From Auanema rhodensis (taxonomy: Eukaryota > Animalia > Nematoda), in NCBI GenBank assembly GCA_964057225.1, contig OZ059900.1, positions 1,116,001 to 1,180,000 of the forward strand: 64,000 bases of DNA, in the 5' to 3' direction. Below the pieces are notes generated by a model. That model did not search any database. It was not told the DNA's origin and worked only from the letters and a program-made list of their open reading frames with translations. Of this stretch, positions 56,501 through 64,000 are shown in pieces; within the stretch, counting starts at the first letter, position 1; every line of letters starts with the position of its first letter. Both the position numbers and the translations under genes were made by a program.

Positions 56501-59500
56501 TAAATACTGATTTTCGCTCAAATAGCATTACTACACTAAGTATGGTCGTTTTTATGCCTTTAACACCATATACTCACCGATTTTTGGTACAAAATCTGTA
56601 ATACTTGTAAATTTTGATCATATTCGTTAAGATTTGAGAATCAAACATACAATACACAAAATCAGTCTATTTTTATGAGCTTGCACTGATATATATTCAT
56701 TTTGATCAAAAAAGGTCGAAAATAGAAAGAATTTTTGAAATTTCCGAGTTTTGAGTCTAATTTGGCTAAATCGCTCATATATATGATCAGAAGCATAGTT
56801 TTATTGTCTATGACAACAAAAATCATCAATTAAACGCTAGTGATGTTTAAATACTGATTTTCGCTCAAATAGCATTACTACACTAAGTATGGTCGTTTTT
56901 ATGCCTTTAACACCATATACTCACCGATTTTTGGTACAAAATCTGTAATACTTGTAAATTTTGATCATTTTCGTTAAGATTCGAGAATCAAACACATAAT
57001 ACACGAAATAAGTCTATTTTTACAAGTTTGCACTGATATTTATTCATTTTGATCAAAAAAGATCGAAAATAGAAAGAATTTTTGAAATTTCCGAGTTTTG
57101 AGTCCAATTTGGCTAAATCGCTCATATATATGATCAAAAGCATAGTTTTATTGTCTATAACAACAAAAGTCATCAATTAAACGCTAGTGATGTTTAAATA
57201 CTGAATTTCACTCAAATAGCATTACTACACTAAGTATGGTCGTTTTTATGCCTTTAACACCATATACTCACCGATTTTTGGTACAAAATCTGTGATACTC
57301 GTAAATTTTGATCATATTCGGTGAGATTCGAGAATCAAACACACAATACACGAAATAAGTTTATTTTTACGAGTTTGCACTGATATTTATTCATTTTGAT
57401 CAAAAAAGGTCGAAAATAGAAAGAATTTTTGAAATTTCCGAGTTTTGAGTCTAATTTGGCTAAATCGCTCATATATATGATCAAAAGCATAGTTTTATTG
57501 TCTATGACAACAAAAGTCATCAATTAAACGCTAGTGATGTTTAAATACTGAATTTCGCTCAAATAGCATTACTACACTAAGTATGGTCGTTTTTATGCCT
57601 TTAACACCATATACTCACCGATTTTTGGTACAAAATCTGTAATACTCGTAAATTTTGATCATATTCGTTAAGATTTGAGAATCAAACATACAATACACAA
57701 AATCAGTCTATTTTTATGAGCTTGCACTGATATATATTCATTTTGATCAAAAAAGGTCGAAAATAGAAAGAATTTTTGAAATTTACGAGTTTTGAGTCCA
57801 ATTGGGCTAAATCGCTCATATATATGATCAAAAGCATAGTTTTACTGTCTATGATAACAAAAGTCTTCAAATATACACTAATAATGTGTAAATCACTGAA
57901 TTTCACTCAAATAGCTTTACTACACTAAGTATGGTCGTTTTTATGCCTTTAACACCATATACTCACCGATTTTTGGTACAAAATCTGTAATACTCGTAAA
58001 TTTTGATCATATTCGTTAAGATTTGAGAATCAAACATACAATACACAAAATCAGTCTATTTTTATGAGCTTGCACTGATATATATTCATTTTGATCAAAA
58101 AAGGTCGAAAATAGAAAGAATTTTTGAAATTTCCGAGTTTTGAGTCTAATTTGGCTAAATCGCTCATATATATGATCAGAAGCATAGTTTTATTGTCTAT
58201 GACAACAAAAGTCATTAATTAAACACTAATGATGTTCAAATCACTAAATTTCGCTCAAATAGCATTACTACACTAAGTATGGTCGTTTTTATGCCTTTAA
58301 CACCATATACTCACCGATTTTTGGTACAAAATCTGTAATACTTGTAAATTTTGATCATATTCGTTAAGATTCGAGAATCAAACACATAATACACGAAATA
58401 AGTCTATTTTTATGAGTTTGCACTGATATTTATTCATTTTGATCAAAAAAGGTCGAAAATAGAAAGAATTTTTGAAATTTCCGAGTTTTGAGTCTAATTT
58501 GGCTAAATCGCTCATATATATGATCAAAAGCATAGTTTTACTGTCTATGATAACAAAAGTCTTCAAATATACACTAATAATGTGTAAATCACTGAATTTC
58601 ACTCAAATAGCTTTACTACACTAAGTATGGTCGTTTTTATGCCTTTAACACCATATACTCACCGATTTTTGGTACAAAATCTGTAATACTTGTAAATTTT
58701 GATCATATTCGTTAAGATTCGAGAATCAAACACATAATACACGAAATAAGTCTATTTTTATGAGTTTGCACTGATATTTATTCATTTTGATCAAAAAAGG
58801 TCGAAAATAGAAAGAATTTTTGAATTTTCCGAGTTTTGAGTCCAATTGGGCTAAATCGCTCATATATATGATCAAAAGCATAGTTTTACTGTCTATGATA
58901 ACAAAAGTCTTCAAATATACACTAATAATGTGTAAATCACTGAATTTCACTCAAATAGCTTTACTACACTAAGTATGGTCGTGTTTATGCCTTTAACACC
59001 ATATACTCACCGATTTTTGGTACAAAATCTGTAATACTCGTAAATTTTGATCATATTCGTTAAGATTTGAGAATCAAACATACAATACACAAAATCAGTC
59101 TATTTTTATGAGCTTGCACTGATATATATTCATTTTGATCAAAAAAGGTCGAAAATAGAAAGAAGTTTTGAAATTTCCGAGTTTTGAGTCTAATTTGGCT
59201 AAATCGCTCATATATATGATCAGAAGCATAGTTTTATTGTCTCTGACAACAAAAATCATCAATTAAACGCTAGTGATGTTTAAATACTGATTTTCGCTCA
59301 AATAGCATTACTACACTAAGTATGGTCGTTTTTATGCCTTTAACACCATATACTCACCGATTTTTGGTACAAAATCTGTAATACTTGTAAATTTTGATCA
59401 TATTCGTTAAGATTCGAGAATCAAACACATAATACACGAAATAAGTCTATTTTTACAAGTTTGCACTGATATTTATTCATTTTGATCAAAAAAGATCGAA

Positions 59501-61667
59501 AATAGAAAGAATTTTTGAAATTTCCGAGTTTTGAGTCCAATTTGGCTAAATCGCTCATATATATGATCAAAGGCATAGTTTTATTGTCTATAACAACAAA
59601 AGTCATCAATTAAACGCTAGTGATGTTTAAATACTGAATTTCACTCAAATAGCATTACTACACTAAGTATGGTCGTTTTTATGCCTTTAACACCATATAC
59701 TCACCGATTTTTGGTACAAAATCTGTGATACTCGTAAATTTTGATCATATTCGGTGAGATTCGAGAATCAAACACACAATACACGAAATAAGTTTATTTT
59801 TACGAGTTTGCACTGATATTTATTCATTTTGATCAAAAAAGGTCGAAAATTGAAAGAATTTTTGAAATTTCCGAGTTTTGAGTCTAATTTGGCTAAATCG
59901 CTCATATATATGATCAGAAGCATAGTTTTATTGTCTATGACAAAAAAAATCATCAATTAAACGCTAGTGATGTTTAAATTCTGATTTTCGCTCAAATAGC
60001 ATTACTACACTAAGTATGGTCGTTTTTATGCCTTTAACACCATATACTCACCGATTTTTGGTACAAAATCTGTAATACTTGTAAATTTTGATCATATTCG
60101 TTAAGATTCGAGAATCAAACACATAATACACGAAATAAGTCTATTTTTACAAGTTTGCACTGATATTTATTCATTTTGATCAAAAAAGATCGAAAATAGA
60201 AAGAATTTTTGAAATTTCCGAGTTTTGAGTCCAATTTGGCTAAATCGCTCATATATATGATCAAAAGCATAGTTTTATTGTCTATAACAACAAAAGTCAT
60301 CAATTAAACGCTAGTGATGTTTAAATACTGAATTTCACTCAAATAGCATTACTACACTAAGTATGGTCGTTTTTATGCCTTTAACACCATATACTCACCG
60401 ATTTTTGGTACAAAATCTGTGATACTCGTAAATTTTGATCATATTCGGTGAGATTCGAGAATCAAACACACAATACACGAAATAAGTTTATTTTTACGAG
60501 TTTGCACTGATATTTATTCATTTTGATCAAAAAAGGTCGAAAATAGAAAGAATTTTTGAAATTTCCGAGTTTTGAGTCTAATTTGGCTAAATTGCTCATA
60601 TATATGATCAAAAGCATAGTTTTATTGTCTATGACAACAAAAGTCATCAATTAAACGCTAGTGATGTTTAAATACTGAATTTCGCTCAAATAGCATTACT
60701 ACACTAAGTATGGTCGTTTTTATGCCTTTAACACCATATACTCACCGATTTTTGGTACAAAATCTGTAATACTCGTAAATTTTGATCATATTCGTTAAGA
60801 TTTGAGAATCAAACATACAATACACAAAATCAGTCTATTTTTATGAGCTTGCACTGATATATATTCATTTTGATCAAAAAAGGTCGAAAATAGAAAGAAT
60901 TTTTGAAATTTACGAGTTTTGAGTCCAATTGGGCTAAATCGCTCATATATATGATCAAAAGCATAGTTTTACTGTCTATGATAACAAAAGTCTTCAAATA
61001 TACACTAATAATGTGTAAATCACTGAATTTCACTCAAATAGCTTTACTACACTAAGTATGTTCGTTTTTATGCCTTTAACACCATATACTCACCGATTTT
61101 TGGTACAAAATCTGTAATACTCGTAAATTTTGATCATATTCGTTAAGATTTGAGAATCAAACATACAATACACAAAATCAGTCTATTTTTATGAGCTTGC
61201 ACTGATATATATTCATTTTGATCAAAAAAGGTCGAAAATAGAAAGAATTTTTGAAATTTCCGAGTTTTGAGTCTAATTTGGCTAAATCGCTCATATATAT
61301 GATCAAAAGCATAGTTTTACTGTCTATGATAACAAAAGTCTTCAAATATACACTAATAATGTGTAAATCACTGAATTTCACTCAAATAGCTTTACTACAC
61401 TAAGTATGGTCGTTTTTATGCCTTTAAAACCATATACTCACCGATTTTTGGTACAAAATCTGTAATACTTGTAAATTTTGATCATATTCGTTAAGATTTG
61501 AGAATCAAACATACAATACACAAAATCAGTCTATTTTTATGAGCTTGCACTGATATATATTCATTTTGATCAAAAAAGGTCGAAAATAGAAAGAATTTTT
61601 GAAATTTCCGAGTTTTGAGTCTAATTGGGCTAAATCGCTCATATATATGATCAAAAGCATAGTTTTA
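44118..61667. repeat. Copy 2 of the long-range duplicated block
   Basis: Offset to copy 1 is 44117 (127 monomers), then 44464 after an extra monomer, back to 44117, and finally 39946 (115 monomers) for 57313-61667 vs 17367-21721. Confidence 0.9.
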
Positions 61668-64000
61668 CTGTCTGTGATAACAAAAGTCTTCAAATATACA
61701 CTAATAATGTGTAAATCACTGAATTTCACTCAAATAGCTTTACTACACTAAGTATGGTCGTTTTTATGCCTTTAACACCATATACTCACCGATTTTTGGT
61801 ACAAAATCTGTAATACTCGTAAATTTTGAACATATTCGTTAAGATTTGAGAATCAAACATACAATACACAAAATCAGTCTATTTTTATGAGCTTGCACTG
61901 ATATATATTCATTTTGATCAAAAAAGGTCGAAAATAGAAAGAATTTTTGAAATTTCCGAGTTTTGAGTCTAATTTGGCTAAATCGCTCATATATATGATC
62001 AGAAGCATAGTTTTATTGTCTATGACAACAAAAGTCATTAATTAAACACTAATGATGTTTAAATACTGATTTTCGCTCAAATAGCATTACTACACTAAGT
62101 ATGGTCGTTTTTATGCCTTTAACACCATATACTCACCGATTTTTGGTACAAAATCTGTAATACTTGTAAATTTTGATCATATTCGTTAAGATTCGAGAAT
62201 CAAACACATAATACACGAAATAAGTCTATTTTTACAAGTTTGCACTGATATTTATTCATTTTGATCAAAAAAGATCGAAAATAGAAAGAATTTTTGAAAT
62301 TTCCGAGTTTTGAGTCCAATTTGGCTAAATCGCTCATATATATGATCAAAGGCATAGTTTTATTGTCTATAACAACAAAAGTCATCAATTAAACGCTAGT
62401 GATGTTTAAATACTGAATTTCACTCAAATAGCATTACTACACTAAGTATGGTCGTTTTTATGCCTTTAACACCATATACTCACCGATTTTTGGTACAAAA
62501 TCTGTGATACTCGTAAATTTTGATCATATTCGGTGAGATTCGAGAATCAAACACACAATACACGAAATCAGTCTATTTTTATGAGCTTGCACTGATATAT
62601 ATTCATTTTGATCAAAAAAGGTCGAAAATAGAAAGAATTTTTGAAATTTCCGAGTTTTGAGTCTAATTTGGCTAAATCGCTCATATATATGATCAAAAGC
62701 ATAGTTTTACTGTCTATGATAACAAAAGTCTTCAAATATACACTAATAATGTGTAAATCACTGAATTTCACTCAAATAGCTTTACTACACTAAGTATGTT
62801 CGTTTTTATGCCTTTAACACCATATACTCACCGATTTTTGGTACAAAATCTGTAATACTCGTAAATTTTGATCATATTCGTTAAGATTTGAGAATCAAAC
62901 ATACAATACACAAAATCAGTCTATTTTTATGAGCTTGCACTGATATATATTCATTTTGATCAAAAAAGGTCGAAAATAGAAAGAATTTTTGAAATTTACG
63001 AGTTTTGAGTCCAATTGGGCTAAATCGCTCATATATATGATCAAAAGCATAGTTTTACTGTCTATGATAACAAAAGTCTTCAAATATACACTAATAATGT
63101 GTAAATCACTGAATTTCACTCAAATAGCTTTACTACACTAAGTATGTTCGTTTTTATGCCTTTAACACCATATACTCACCGATTTTTGGTACAAAATCTG
63201 TAATACTCGTAAATTTTGATCATATTCGTTAAGATTTGAGAATCAAACATACAATACACAAAATCAGTCTATTTTTATGAGCTTGCACTGATATATATTC
63301 ATTTTGATCAAAAAAGGTCGAAAATAGAAAGAATTTTTGAAATTTCCGAGTTTTGAGTCTAATTTGGCTAAATCGCTCATATATATGATCAAAAGCATAG
63401 TTTTACTGTCTATGATAACAAAAGTCTTCAAATATACACTAATAATGTGTAAATCACTGAATTTCACTCAAATAGCTTTACTACACTAAGTATGGTCGTT
63501 TTTATGCCTTTAAAACCATATACTCACCGATTTTTGGTACAAAATCTGTAATACTTGTAAATTTTGATCATATTCGTTAAGATTTGAGAATCAAACATAC
63601 AATACACAAAATCAGTCTATTTTTATGAGCTTGCACTGATATATATTCATTTTGATCAAAAAAGGTCGAAAATAGAAAGAATTTTTGAAATTTCCGAGTT
63701 TTGAGTCTAATTTGGCTAAATCGCTCATATATATGATCAAAAGCATAGTTTTACTGTCTATGATAACAAAAGTCTTCAAATATACACTAATAATGTGTAA
63801 ATCACTGAATTTCACTCAAATAGCTTTACTACACTAAGTATGGTCGTTTTTATGCCTTTAAAACCATATACTCACCGATTTTTGGTACAAAATCTGTAAT
63901 ACTTGTAAATTTTGATCATATTCGTTAAGATTTGAGAATCAAACATACAATACACAAAATCAGTCTATTTTTATGAGCTTGCACTGATATATATTCATTT
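60787..64000. repeat. Run dominated by a single 348-bp monomer class (7 of 9 complete units)
   Basis: 67-aa ORF class at 60830, 61178, 61526, 62568, 62916, 63264, 63612. Adjacent pairs share private SNPs. Confidence 0.85.

Larger units (their letters stand above)
1..64000. repeat. AT-rich tandem satellite DNA array, 347/348-bp monomer, 184 complete head-to-tail copies, extending beyond both window edges
   Basis: CATATTCG(G/T)T...AAATTTTGAT recurs at 1, 348, 695 and onward to 63917. The ORF track steps by 347 or 348 throughout, and 63916 = 184x347 + 68. All copies are in one orientation and no unique sequence was seen. Confidence 0.99.

Noticed and set aside
23-63815. Well over 100 near-identical 61-89 aa minus-strand ORFs (MMTFVVIDNK.../MKFSDL...) as a tandem gene array
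   Set aside because: There is one per repeat unit and no recognisable domain. The composition (F, I, K, L, N) is typical of AT-rich DNA. L4 monomers carry a premature stop, start and stop positions shift with single SNPs or indels, many variants are non-synonymous, and DNA outside the ORF is equally conserved.
1-64000. CRISPR array or other repeat-spacer or cassette system
   Set aside because: No unique spacers or cassettes; the full 347 bp is repeated and there are no cas or integrase genes.
1-64000. Assignment to a named satellite family, organism or CENP-B box
   Set aside because: I do not recognise the sequence, unit length alone is not diagnostic, and no canonical 17-bp CENP-B box was seen.
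1-64000. Transposon insertions, inversions or telomeric repeats
   Set aside because: The monomer register is unbroken and all copies are on one strand, leaving no room for inserted sequence.

Overview
The whole 64-kb window is one uninterrupted, single-orientation, head-to-tail satellite DNA array. It holds 184 complete monomers (116 of 347 bp, 68 of 348 bp, from monomer start offsets) plus an 84-bp partial unit; monomer 1 is about 29% GC by hand count. I see no protein-coding gene, RNA gene, transposon or CRISPR array, and the repeated 61-89 aa minus-strand ORFs are by-products of the repeat. The interesting content is architecture at four nested scales. (1) Each monomer looks like an ancient, diverged dimer of ~168-bp and ~179-bp subunits. 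(2) Monomers are mosaics of about four 5' and about four 3' haplotype modules. (3) They are ordered into local 5-, 7-, 8- and 10-mer higher-order repeats (HORs) sharing a common core. (4) A ~21.7-kb block recurs 44.1 kb downstream (127 monomers) with whole-monomer gains and losses and a probable gene-conversion tract. Variant sites are rich in both-strand CpG transitions, suggesting a methylated eukaryotic array. A centromeric or pericentromeric role is plausible but is inference. The organism and satellite family cannot be identified from the sequence alone.
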